The notes beneath the pieces were generated by a model. That model was given only the letters and a program-made list of their open reading frames with translations. It was not told the origin of the DNA and searched no databases. Shown here one piece after another: positions 43,001-55,335 of a stretch of DNA of 64,000 bases (positions within the stretch are counted from its first letter, which is position 1; each line of letters starts with the position of its first letter). A program made the translations under genes and the position numbers. Source of the stretch: an uncultured Planctomycetota bacterium (GTDB lineage Bacteria; Planctomycetota; Planctomycetia; Isosphaerales; Isosphaeraceae); contig CAWGMQ010000004.1 of the NCBI GenBank assembly GCA_963823665.1, forward strand, positions 1,280,001-1,344,000, read 5' to 3'.

Positions 43001-46000
43001 GGGCGTCGAACAACCTCGTCGAAGGCAATGATATCGGTGTTACGGCCGGAATGGTGGCCGCGGGCAACAGCGCCGCCGGTGTGTCGATTCAGGGCGGCAA
43101 CAACAACACGATCGGCGGTGCCAGCGCCGCAGCGCGCAACGTGATCGCCACCAACGCGGGAAACGGCGTCGAGATCTACGGCGCGTCCGCTTCGGGGAAC
43201 CAGATCGAAGGCAACTGGATCGGCTTCACCGGCACGGCGGCCGCCGTTGGCAATACGGGCGATGGCGTGTTCATCAGCAATGCGGTAAACAACACGATTG
43301 GCGGCATCACAGCTGGATCCGGCAACGTGATCTCGGGCAACTCGAACGGCCTCGAGATCCTGAACAATACCAACAACCCCGGCAACGCAAGCGGCAACGT
43401 TCTCCTGGGTAATTTCATCGGCACCGACGCCGCGGGCACGGCGACGACCATCACGACAAAAACGAGCTCTGGAACGATGACGGCGTCGCTCGGGAATCAA
43501 ACGAACGGTGTACTGGATATTGGCGCTCCTCAGATCATGATCGGCATGCCCCTTGCCGGCGGCCCGGGGCCGATCAACCTGGGCGGCAACTCGATCTCGG
43601 GCAACGCCGCGAACGGCATCGACATCGCAGGACAAACCGCGAAGCAGGTCAGCATCCAGGCCAATTTCATCGGCACCGACGTCACGGGCACGATCGCGCT
43701 GGGGAATGCCGCCGATGGGATTTTCTTCGCCGCGACAATTCCCTCGGGCTCGTCGGCCGGTCCGACGAACGCTGGTCCAACGAATAACACGGTTGGCGGC
43801 AGCATCCCGGGCACGGGCAACCTGATCTCGGGCAACCTCGGCAACGGCATCGAGATCAGCGGCAACGGCACGACTCAGGACACGATCCAGGGCAATTCGA
43901 TCGGCACGAACCTTGCCGGCGCGGCGGCCTTGAGCAACCTGGGCTCGGGTGTGCTGCTGGAAGGCGTCTCGGGCAACCTGATTGGCGGCACGACGGGAAC
44001 AAACCCCGACGGAAACTTGAGCGGCGCCGGCAACGTGATCTCGGGCAACGTCGCCAACGGCATCGGCATCACTAGCCTCACTGCCGGTTCCACGACGGCC
44101 ACACCGGATAGCAACGTGATTGAAGGCAATTATATCGGCACCGATGTGACCGGGCAGAAGCCCCTCGGCAACGGGCAGGTCGGCACCTCGAACGTCACCG
44201 GCGCGGGCATCCTTCTGGACGCGGCGACCAACACGACGATCGGGGGAATCACGCCCGCCGCACGCAACGTGGTCTCGGGCAACCGCGGCGGCGGCATCGC
44301 GATCCAGGATGGATCGTTCAGCAGCGTGGTCGAAGGCAACTATGTCGGCACCGACAGCACCGGCAGTTTTACCGACCCTGAGGGGAACCTCACCGACGCT
44401 GATGAGCCTCTCCAACGACATCCGGCTCGGCTTCGGGTCGAGCGCGAGCTATTTCGGCGGCGGCGTGCTGATCATCGATTCGCCCGACAACGTGGTCGGC
44501 TCGCCCAAAGGGGCGAGCCCCGGCGGGGCACTTGCCGGCGGCGGCAACTTGATCGCGGCCATCATGGGGCCGGGGGTGCAGATCGAGGGAAGCGATTCGC
44601 AGGGCAACCTGGTGCAGAACAACTTCATCGGCACGAACGTGACGGGCACCAAGGCGATCGTGGCGCCGGTTGCGAACGTGGTGACCGGCGATGATGGCAT
44701 CGTCATCGCTGATGCGCCAGATAACCAGATCGGCGGCACGACACCGCAGGAACGGAACCTCATCTCGGGCAACCTCGAGAGCGGTGTTGTCCTGCTGGGA
44801 TCGAAGGCCACGGACAATGTTGTCGAAGGCAACTTCATTGGATCGGACGTGACCGGGACGAAAGCAGTTCCCAATGCAACGAACGGAATTCTTATCAGCG
44901 GCGCGGTGGACAACCTGATCGGCGGGACGAGCGGTGTCACTGGCGGCAGCCCGGCTTCGGGCGCAGCAAACCTCATCTCGGCGAACGGCACGGCGGGCAT
45001 CGCGCTGGCCACGAGCACGATCGACGACAGCACGAGCTCGCCGCAGGGGAACGAGATCGAAGGCAATTTGATCGGCACGGATGTCACCGGCACACAGGCA
45101 TTGTCGGCGACGCAGCCAACCGGCATCGACGTGTCGGCGAGCGTCGGCGCCAACACGATTGGAGGAACGACGGCCGCCGGCAACGTGATCGCGTTCAACT
45201 CAGGCTCGGGCATCGCCCTATCGGGCACGGTCAGCTCGGGCACTTTGAGCGAGACGCCGCAGCAGATCACTATTCTCTCCAATTCGATCTTCGCCAACGG
45301 GCGCCCCGGAATTGACTTTCAGCGCGACATTTACGAAGGGCTCACCGGCACGCTGGGCAATCAGGGCGAGCCGGGGCCGTCGCTCATGGGTTTCGTCTTC
45401 ACCGACACGGGCGGGCTCGAGATCGACGGCACTCTGAAGAGCCTGCCCAACACCACGTTCCTGCTGCAGTTCTTCGCGACGCCGCTTGCGCAGCAATCGA
45501 CGGCTTCGCCGCAAGCGGAGACATTGCTGAACGCGACGCCATTCTTCGTGACCACGAATTCGAGCGGCACTGCCACGTTCGCCGCCACCGATCTGACCGT
45601 CGTGTCCGGCGACGTGGCGTACACCGCGACGGCGACTGATCCGAGCGGCAACACGTCGGATTTCTCCGCGCCCGAGGAGGACGAGCCGCCACAGCCGGAA
45701 TCCGATGCCACTGTCGATTTGAAGCTCGCCGGAAGCGGGCAGCCCAACCCGGTGGCACAAGGCGGCCAGTTGACCTACCAGTTCACGGTGACCAATAACG
45801 GGCCCTACCAGGCGACCGGCGTGCTGTTCAGCGACACTCTGCCGGCGGGGGTCACGCTTGTCTCGACCAGCCCCAGCCAGGGATCAGTCAGCGGCACCAC
45901 GTCGCTCTCCTGGCTCGTCGGCAGCTTGATTTCGAGGGCAGCAGGCAACGCTCGACGTGGTGGTCGCGACGTCGACATTGGGCGCGCTAGAAGACACCGC

Positions 46001-49000
46001 TTCGGTGATCGCCAGTCAGCCGCAATCGGTTGCCGGCGACAACCAGGTGACCGTGGATACAACCGTCGGTCCCTCGGCTAACCTGGCGGTGACCATAGAG
46101 AGCCCGCCGACCAGTGCGGTTCAGGGCGGCGATTTAACGTATACCGTGAAGGTGACGAACAGCGGGCCGGCATCTGCCACCGGGGTCACGCTGACGGAAG
46201 GGTCTCTGGCCGGGCAGGGAGTGGTCGTCGGAGCGACTGCCAGCCAGGGAACGGTGAATGTGGCTGATCCGCTGGTGGCCGACCTGGGCTCACTCGCGGT
46301 GGGCGCCTCGGCGACGGTCACGATCACCGCCGCGCCCACGAGCCTGGGCACGTTTGCTCCGTCCTTCACGGCGGCTTCCAATCAAGCCGATGTACTGCCG
46401 GCAAACAGCACCGCCACGCTGTCGATTCCGGTGTTGTCTTTTGAGCCGGTGGGCGTTGTCGCCGAGAGCTCGCCGAATATCCTTGTTCCCGCGCCATACG
46501 ACCCGACGGCGCCTCTGCCGGCGATCACGCCCGATGGACAGTTCATCGCGTTTTCCAGCACCGGCAGCGACATCGTGCCCGGGATCGTGGACACGGGGGG
46601 ATACGACAATATTTACGTCCTCGATGGGGCGACCGGCATCACGACGCTCGTGAGCTCAAACGCCGCGGGCACGGCAACCGGCAACGGCAACTCGACCGAT
46701 CCTTCGATCAGCGCCGATGGCCAGTATGTCGCGTTCCTGAGTGACGCCGGCGACCTCGCAAACGGCGTCAGCAACGGAAGCGGCAACACCGGAGGTTCGG
46801 GCATCACGAACCTTTACGTGCGCGACCTGCTGACGAACAAGACGACTCTGGCAAGCGCCACAACGGCTGGCACATTGAGTTTGGCCGGCATTGTCGCGTC
46901 GGCGACGATGAGCCAAAGCGGCCAGTTTGTGGTTGTTGACAGTGATATACCGAAACTTGTGGCTGGTGAGAACGACCCGGCGGGTGTTTCGCAGGTATTC
47001 GTGTACAACGTTCAAACCGGAGCGACTCGCCCGGTCAGCGAGAATGCGGCGGGGACCGGTGCCGGCAATGCGGGGTCCAGCGTGGACGCGATCAGCGGCA
47101 ACAGCCAGTTTGTGCTGTTTGACAGCAGCGCTACCAATCTCGTCTCCGGCCTGAGCACTCCCGACGGGGGCGTGTTTCGACAGGACCTGCTGACCGGCCA
47201 GACCGAGCTTGTCAGCATCAACAGTGAAGGGACAGCCGCCGGCAACGGGACCTTTGCGTCCGGCGAATCGATCAGTGACGATGGCAATCTCATCGCGTTC
47301 CGAAGCGACGCCACCGATCTTGTCGCCGGCACGATCAGCTACACTTCTTCCGCGTCGGAGCTTTCGAACATTTTTGTTCGCAACATGGAGACCGCGACCA
47401 CACAGCTCGTAAGCATCGACCCCACGGGGACGGAAGCGAACAATACGACTGCCGTTGGGGGCACAATGAGCGGCGACGGCACTGAGATCGCATTCTACAG
47501 TGATGCCAGCAATCTGTTACCGAGCAACGGACCGACGATCAACGGCATTCAGTTGTTCGTCCGGAACTTGACGACCGGAACGACGTCGCTGGCAAGCGTC
47601 ACCACGACCGGCAACAGCGATCAGCAAGCGTTCCCTATCAACCCTCCCTTGACCGTTTCCTTGAGCGACGACGGGCGTTACCTGCTCTTCGTCAGTGCAT
47701 CGAACGAGCTCGTGCCGGGCAACTTCCATAACAACAGCGGCCTGATGGTTCTTATCCGCGACTTGCTCGCGGGCACGACGAGCTGCGTTGATGTCGGTCC
47801 CAACGGCAACCCGACCGCAGGAGCGAACGGCGGCGAGATCAGCGGCAACGGGCAGTACGTCGTCTTTGGCACGGGCGCCGGCGGCCTGGTGCAGGATGCC
47901 GGCAACGGCGGACTGTTCGTCCGAAACTTGACATTGGGCCAGACGCAAGCCATCGCGCTCGTGCCAGACTCAGTCAACGTCGAGCCGGTCGGCGGGCCCT
48001 ATTCGGAGATCTTCGATGGCGGGGAGGACCCGACGTACACTCAGAATGTGGCCTTGAGCGCCGACGGAAGCGAGGTCGCCTACGCCAGCTTTGGCACGGA
48101 CCTGACGCCGGACATCTTCGAACCGGCCGACGAAGCGGAAAACGTCTTCGCTACGAATCTGTCGACTGGCGCAACCACGCTGGTCAGCGCGGGACCGAGC
48201 GGAGCGGACGAAACCGGACTTGATCCCTCGATCTCGGCCGACGGCCAGAAGGTCGCTTTCGAGTCAGGCCCCGAGGTCTACGTGCCCAACTTGAGCACCG
48301 GCCTAGTCACCGAGGTGAGCGAGGACGCCGCTGGGACCGGCGACGGCAACGGCGGATCAGAATTGCCGGCGATCAGCGCCAACGGCGAGTTTGTCGCGTT
48401 CCTCAGCGAGGCCACCAACCTCGTGAGCGGCATCACGTCGGGCTACATTGCCGGCGATTACAACGTCTTCGTGCGCAACCTGACAACCGGCGTGACGCAG
48501 CTCGTCAGCGTTGACAGTGCCGGCACGGCGCCCGCAAACAACATCACGCAGACGTTCAACGACGACACATTTCCAGTCCTTCCGCCGCAAATCAGCGCAG
48601 ACGGCAGCCTCGTGTTGTTCTTCAGCGAGGCCACCAATCTTGTCGCCGGCGTGACCGAGACTGTGCCGGTGAACAACGTGTTCGTGCGCGACATGGTTAC
48701 CGGCGTGACACAGCTTGTCAGCGAGACGGACGCGGGGACGGCGGCGGGAGTGAATGACCCAACGCCCCTGGGAGGCGGCCTGGACCCCGGTCTCTTGGCC
48801 CCGCCGGCAATGACGCCCGACGGGCAATTCGTGGTATTCGTGAGCAAGGCAAACAATATCGTGCCCGGAATCAGCGATCCCAGCGGTACGGCCAATGTCT
48901 ACTTGCGCAACTTGCAGACGGGCGTTACTACGCTCGTGAGCGTCGATCCGGCCGGCACAGCCGCGGGCAACGGCGACTCGGGATACAACGACTTTTTTAT

Positions 49001-51990
49001 AGGGGGCGTCGTCCAGAGTGCGCCGGCTGTGAGTCCGGACGGAGAGTTCGTTGCCTTCTGGAGCACAGCGACCAACCTGGTCGCGAACGGGCCTTCCGCG
49101 GGGCTGTATGTCCGCAACATGCAGACCGGTCAGACGACGCTCATCACCGACATTCGCGACTACGACTCCACGCTCGCGTTCAGCAGCAACGATCAGCTCG
49201 TTTTCGCGTCCAGCGGTGCACTGGTTCCCGGTATGCAAGCGGGCGGATCGACTTCCAACGTCTTTGTATATAACGCGCTTTCCGGTGCGCTTCGCCTGGC
49301 GAGCACCACGACCGCGGGGCTCGGCGGCGACGGCGACTCGATCGCGCCCGTGATCAGCTCCGAGGGCAGCACCGTTGTCTTTGTCAGCGGCGCGAGCGAT
49401 CTGGTGCCGGGCGTCACACCGAACTTCGCCAACATCACGCCTAATACATGTCTTTATGTTTACAACAATACGATTTCCAGCGAAGTGGAGCAGTTCGCTT
49501 TCAGCTCGCCGATTTATTCCGTGGTGCAAAACCAAGCGAGCGCGACAATCACCATTCAGCGTCTCTTCGGAAACTCGGGCACGGCGACCGTCACGTTTTC
49601 GACCGCCAACGGCACCGCGACTTCCGGCACGGATTACACCGGCGGGTCGCAAACCGTCACATTCGCCGCGGGCGAGACCTCAGCGACCGTGACGATCCCG
49701 ATCGATAGCGAGAGCGCCTTCACCGGCAACCGGACGGTGGATCTGACGCTCTCGAATCCGTCGGCTGGCGCTGCGCTGGGGACCCAGCCTACTGCCGTAC
49801 TGGACATCGACGGAAACGGCATCTCGGGCCGCGACGACGCGGTGGAGGGGACCGTTTCGAGCGGCGGCAATACGTACGATTACACCGCCGCGCTGAATGG
49901 CGTCCTGACCGTCGGGCTGTTTCCCTGCGGCGGCGACTGGACGCTCACGGTCACCGATGCGCACGGCAATTCGTCGAGCTCAAGCGGCAGCGGATACCAG
50001 GAAGTTGACCTGCTGGCCACGGCGGGGGAAGTCTACACTATCAACGTGTCTTCAGAGAGCGCGGGCGGCACGTTCACCGCGGACGTGATCAACCTCATCA
50101 GTCGCGTCCAAACCGGGGCAGGCGACGTGCTGCAAGTCAGCGGTGGTGGGGATCCGCTGAACATCGGGATCGGAACGAATGACGTTCAAAGTACCGGCAC
50201 CGGCGACCCGCTGGACATGGTGATCTCGTCGCCTCTCTTGCCGGCAGACACGGACTATGCTGCATCGACTCTGAGCCGGAGCAATCTGCTGGGCACTGCG
50301 CCTTTTGTGGGTGTGCAGGCGGTCGACTTCTTGAGCGATGACAGCCTGTTTCTCGATCCTTCGGTGACGTTGCCCGTCACGGTTTCGGGCGTGGCCACCG
50401 TCACCGCAAACACCACGGCAGGCGCATCGGTGACGTTCAACCCGCTGGCGAGCGATGGGTCCATTCCGCTTTCCGTGTCGGCCGTCACGACGCCGGCCGA
50501 CGGCAGTGCCACGATCAATGCCAACGGCACAATCGTGTATACGCCCAAGGCCGGGTTCACTGGAACGGATACGTTTCAGTTTACAGCCGCCGATGCGTTT
50601 GGCGGCAGCGGAACGGCGACGGTCACCGTCACCGTGACGGGGCAGAGCAATCCCGGGCTGCCCACGAGCAGCGTCAATCCACTGCCGGCGACGGAGTCGT
50701 CGGCGTCGTTCACCGTGAGCTGGTCCGGGTCCGACGTTTCGGGTGGTGGCGGCATTGCCAGCTACGACGTTTTCGTCAGTGACGACGGCGCACCGTTCAC
50801 GGCTTTCGAGACAAACACGACCCAGACGTCGGCGACGTTCAACGGCGCCAGCGGCCACACGTACGGCTTCTATAGCGTTGCCACCGACAAGGCAGGCAAG
50901 GTGCAGCCCACGCCGACGGCGGCCCAGGCGACCACCACCGTGGCCGCGTCGAGCGCGTCCGCGCCCACCAGCACGGTGAGTGCCCTGCCTGCGGTGACCT
51001 CGAGCCCGAGCTTCACGGTGAGCTGGAGCGGTTCGCCCGGCGCGGGGGCCAGCAGCATCGTTTCGTATGAAATCTTCTTCTCCGTCGATGGGGATTTATT
51101 CGCGCCCCTGATCCAGAGCACCACCAACACCTCGACGACCTTCACGGGTGAGGCCGGATTCACCTACAGCTTTTTCAGCGTGGCGACCAACAACCTGGGA
51201 CTCGTGCAGCCGACGCCGAGTGGCGCCCAGGCGACGACGACCGTGAGCGGCAGCAACTCGTCCGCGCCGACCAGCACGGTGAATCCCCTGCCGGCTGTCA
51301 CCACCACCGCAAGCTTCATACTGAGCTGGAGCGGCGCACCAGGGGCAGAGGCGAGCAAGATCGTTTCGTACAAGATCTTCTTCTCGGTGAACGGCGGACC
51401 TTTTACACCACTCTTGATCAACGCCACGCTGACCTCGCTTACCTTCACCGGGGTAGCCGGTGATACCTATGGTTTCTTCAGCGTGGCGACCAACAACCTG
51501 GGCCTTGTCCAGCCGACACCGACGACCGCCCAGGCAACCACCACGGTGATCGGCCCGCCGCCGCCGGTGCCTCCGACAATCATCGGTGAAAAGGCGATCT
51601 TCACCCGCAAGACGAACAAGAAGGACAAACCGGTCGGGAGCGCAGTGCTCGCCGGGTTCAGCCTCGAATTCAGCGCGTCGCTCAATCAGGCGACGGCAAC
51701 GAATGCTGCCAATTACGAGCTGGATACGATCACGACCAAGAAAGTGAAAAAGAGGGTCAAGACGATCCTGCACCCGATCACTAGCTTCAAGGTGTCGTAC
51801 AGCGCCACCAGTGACTCGGTGAATTTGACCCTCCTGGGCAAGCAAACGTTCCCGACCGGCGGCCAGCTCACGATCGTTAACCGCGCGCCGGGCGGAGTGG
51901 AGGGTGCTACCGGCGCACTGCTCGCCGGTAAGACAGTCTTTGCGATCGCAAAGAAAGGACGCACGATCACGCCATCGAACGAGAGGGTGA
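34028..51990 (+). CDS. Giant surface protein 2 (about 6000 aa): LExLExRxxL leader, beta-helix, CARDB/PPC-like, carboxypeptidase-regulatory repeats, helical insert, SLREA beta-helix repeats, DUF11, TolB/PD40-like propellers, Calx-beta, Big_9-like, 3x Fn3-like, Lys-rich C-terminal domain. Frameshifts near 34890, 35650, 42850, 44400, 45945
   Basis: Six consecutive ORFs join coherently: LEGLEERVVLD, TNSNGNYTISGLPPDTY-type repeats, GSLREAILDA, GNFIGTDxxG repeats, LTYTVKVTNSGP, PSISADG, TANGTATSGTDY. The last ORF reads to 52217, but similarity to giant 1 ends at TITPS near 51977. Confidence 0.88.
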
Positions 51991-52126
51991 CACGGGCCGA
52001 CGATGTGTGTGCCGTGATCGGCTCGAGATGTGCCATCTTTCTTTCGTGGATACTTTGCGCGATGATCGCTACGAATCCATTTACATTGGCATCCACTCCG
52101 AATTCATCATCAGGAGAGCATACATC

Positions 52127-53137
52127 GTGCGACAATCGCTGCATCCTTCGAGTTGGTGGAAGATCGTTCTGGGCGGGCTGGCTGGGGCGGCTGTTGTCAG
52201 CGGCACTCCCTGGGTGAGCCGGGGCTCGCAGCAGGCTGCGCAGGGGCCGCTGGCCGAGAAGTTCTGGCCCTCGGAGTTCGGCGCGGACGACCAGCGCGGA
52301 GCGGCCAATCGGATCACGCCCGCGAAGGTCGCCGGCGCAGCACGCCTCGTGAAAACCGGACAGATCTACCAGTTGGGACGCCTCTACGAACAGGGCATGC
52401 CGATTCCGGGCAAACGGCACTTCAGCCTGACAATCCCGGGACTGCCGACCGGGCTGCCCACCGGGTCGAACAACATCGTCTCGAACGATGAGCTGGTCAG
52501 CGGCGAGATCGGCCAGGTCGGCACGCAGTTCGATGGACTGGGGCACGTGGGCGTGCGCATCGACAAGGAGGACTACTTTTACAATGGCAACAAACTCTCG
52601 GAGTTCGGTGATCCGTACGGTCTGAAGAAGCTCGGTGTCGAGAACGCCGGAGTTTTCTTCACGCGTGGGATTCTGCTTGATGTGTGCGCGCTCCTGAGCA
52701 AAGACCGGCTTCCGGCGGGATATGTCATTTCCCCTGCAGAGCTGGCTTCCTGTCTCAAGAATGCAAATCTGGAGATTCAGGAAGGCGACGTCGTGTTGAT
52801 TCGCACCGGCCACGGCAAGCTCTGGATGAAAGATAACGCGACCTACGGCGCCGGCGAACCGGGAATCGGACTGGATGCGGCCAGATTCTTGACCGATCGC
52901 AAGGTCGCGCTGATCGGGGCCGATACCTGGGCGATTGAGGCTTTTCCGCACGAGCGGGCCGACCTGGCGTTCCCGGTGCATCAGTGGGACCTCACGAAGA
53001 ACGGCGTGTACCACCTCGAAAACCTCGATCTGGAACAACTGGCCGCGGACGGCGTGCACGAGTTCTGTTTTGTGTTCAGCCCGTTGCGACTGAAAGGCGC
53101 GACCGGCTCTCCGGGAAACCCGATCGCCATTCGCTGA
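52127..53137 (+). CDS. Cyclase family (kynurenine formamidase-like) metal hydrolase, exported
   Basis: DQRGAANRITP, GTQFDGLGH, TRGILLD, GDVVLIRTG, GADTWAIE, HLENLDL, GATGSPGNPIAI. GTG after AGGAG, signal-like N-terminus. Confidence 0.88.
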   Translation: MRQSLHPSSWWKIVLGGLAGAAVVSGTPWVSRGSQQAAQGPLAEKFWPSEFGADDQRGAANRITPAKVAGAARLVKTGQIYQLGRLYEQGMPIPGKRHFSLTIPGLPTGLPTGSNNIVSNDELVSGEIGQVGTQFDGLGHVGVRIDKEDYFYNGNKLSEFGDPYGLKKLGVENAGVFFTRGILLDVCALLSKDRLPAGYVISPAELASCLKNANLEIQEGDVVLIRTGHGKLWMKDNATYGAGEPGIGLDAARFLTDRKVALIGADTWAIEAFPHERADLAFPVHQWDLTKNGVYHLENLDLEQLAADGVHEFCFVFSPLRLKGATGSPGNPIAIR

Positions 53138-53144
53138 GCAACCC

Positions 53145-54210
53145 ATGAGCCGGCTTTATCGACCAGATTCCGTTTCGCAGCTTGGAGCCGCTCTGTTCGC
53201 AGCGGCGGGGGCGGGGGCGTTTGAGGCCCGCGCGACGGCGCGGTCGCTCGTCACCAGCAGCCTGATGGGACACGACTCACACGGAGTGATCCGGATTCCG
53301 GAGTATCTCGGTTTCGTGGCCGACGGTTCGATCGTTCCGCAAGCACCGCTCAGCGTGGAGCGCACGAGCCCGACGACGGCGGTTGTGGACTGCGGCCGCG
53401 GCTTCGGTCCGGTCGGCGCCGAGAGGGCGATGCGCGAAGGGATCGAGATCGCGAGAGGGCAACGGACCGCATGTGTAATCACGCGGCGTTGCAATCATGT
53501 CGGTCGCCTGGGCGCCTATGTTCAGCTTGCAGCCGAGGAAGGGATGCTGGCGATGGCGACGTGCAACTCGCCGATTCACGGGCATGATGTTCTGCCGTGG
53601 GGGGGTCGTGATGGACGACTGGGGACAAACCCGATCGCCTATGCCGTCCCCGCTGGCAGCGTTCCGGTGCTGGCGGACTTCTCGACCTCCGTTGCGCCCG
53701 AGGGCAAGATCCGGTTTTGCCGCAACGAGCGGAAATCCGTGCCGGCCGGCTGGATTCTCGACGCCCTTGGCAACGCCACGAATGACCCGAATGCGTTCTA
53801 CGGTCCTCCGCGCGGGGGCATTCTGCCGCTGGGGGCCGGCGCCGGGCACAAAGGCTTCGCGCTCGGTCTGCTGGTCGAAATCCTCGGCACCGCGCTTGCG
53901 GGAGTCGGCTCACAAGACCCAGAGGCCTTCGGCAACGGCGTCTGTTTTGTCGTCGTGGATCCAAGTGCGTTCTGTCCTCTCGAACAGTTCCGGCGGCTCA
54001 TGGACGAAACCATCGCGTACATCAAGTCGTCACGGCCGGCGCCGGGGTTTGACGAAGTACTGGTGCCGGGCGAGCTGGAGTTCCGGACGCTGCTCGCGCC
54101 AGAACGACGGCATTCCCATCGACGCGACCACGCTCGATGCCATGCGCAAACACGGCGAGCGGCTGGGCGTGCACGTCGACGGATTCCTCGATCCGGAAGG
54201 TGACGAATGA
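53145..54210 (+). CDS. Ldh_2 family oxidoreductase (malate/L-sulfolactate/ureidoglycolate dehydrogenase-like), frameshift near 54095
   Basis: GHDSHGV, HVGRLGAY, LGTNPIA, DFSTS..EGK, GHKGFALGLLVEILG, VLVPGE. Confidence 0.9.
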
Positions 54211-55316
54211 GTGATGCTCGACCACTGCGACTGGGTATGTTCGTCATGCCGATTCATGATCCGGCCAAGGAGCTCGCCCAGTGCATCGACGAGGACCTCG
54301 AGCTGGCGGTGCGATGCGAGGAGCTGGGCTTCGACGATTTCTGGGTCGGCGAGCACCATTCCTCGAGCGTCGAGAACATCGTGATGCCGGAAATCTTCCT
54401 GGCAAAAGTGCTGGGATTGACCACGCGCATTCGCGTTGGACCGGCACCGGTGTGCCTGCAGTACCACCATCCGGCGCACGTCGCGGGGCGGCTGGCGTTT
54501 CTGGACCACATGTCGCGGGGCAGGCTCAATGTTTGCTTCGGACCGGGAGCCATCCCGACGGACATGGAGGTCTTCGGGGCGCACCCGAGCGAGACTGCAT
54601 CGCGCGTCGCCGAATCGATCGACATGATCATGCGGTTGTGGACGGGCGAGCTGCCGATCGACATGCAAGGGCGGTTCTGGAACGTGAAAATGAAAGACAA
54701 CTTGCATCCCAGATTCGGCGTGGGCCACCTGCATAAACCGTTTCAACAGCCGCACCCGCCGATCCATGTTCCGAGTATCAGCCGCGCCTCGCCCGGGCTC
54801 GCGAAAGCGGCCGAACGCGGTTTTCGGTTCATCAGCCACCACATGATCCACGCAAGCGCCTTGCAGGCCCAGTGGAAGACATATTCGCAGGCCGCGGCCG
54901 CCGCAGGCCGCGTTGCGGTTCCGTCGGACTGGGCCGTCGCGCGGAACGTGTTCGTCGCCGACACGACCGAAGAAGCCCAGCGTCTGGCGAGAGGCAATTC
55001 GCTGGGCTCGTGCATCCAGTACATCCTCGACCTGACCCGGGCGACCGCGCCGGCGGGCGTCGCCATGTGGAAGCGTGACGAGCTTCAAGCCGATTCGGAT
55101 TGCACACTTGATTACTTCCTGGACGACGTGATCATCGCGGGCGATCCCGGGCATGTTACGCATCGGCTAGTCGAGTTACGCGAAGAGATCGGCCCGTTCG
55201 GCACGCTGGTGCTGACCGCGCACGACTGGGACGACCGCAACCGGTGGTCTCACAGCCTTGAACTATTCGCCCGCGAAGTCGTGCCGGCGCTCCACAAGGG
55301 AATCGATGCGGCGTAG
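54207..55316 (+). CDS. Luciferase-like (LLM class) flavin-dependent monooxygenase
   Basis: LGMFVMPIH, LGFDDFWVGEHH, YHHPAHVA, LDHMSRGR, KPFQQPHPP, ELFAREVVP. ATGA overlap with the upstream gene. Confidence 0.9.
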   Translation: MSDARPLRLGMFVMPIHDPAKELAQCIDEDLELAVRCEELGFDDFWVGEHHSSSVENIVMPEIFLAKVLGLTTRIRVGPAPVCLQYHHPAHVAGRLAFLDHMSRGRLNVCFGPGAIPTDMEVFGAHPSETASRVAESIDMIMRLWTGELPIDMQGRFWNVKMKDNLHPRFGVGHLHKPFQQPHPPIHVPSISRASPGLAKAAERGFRFISHHMIHASALQAQWKTYSQAAAAAGRVAVPSDWAVARNVFVADTTEEAQRLARGNSLGSCIQYILDLTRATAPAGVAMWKRDELQADSDCTLDYFLDDVIIAGDPGHVTHRLVELREEIGPFGTLVLTAHDWDDRNRWSHSLELFAREVVPALHKGIDAA

Positions 55317-55335
55317 GGTCGTCCCACCCAGCGCG

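Noticed and set aside
22829..51845. Long minus-strand ORFs opposite the giant genes (e.g. 37145-39301, 42415-44421)
   Set aside because: Antisense shadows typical of GC-rich coding DNA, with no recognisable motifs.
51978..52217. C-terminal extension of giant 2 overlapping the cyclase gene
   Set aside because: Similarity to giant 1 ends at TITPS and the extension is not protein-like. Probably a missed stop from an indel.
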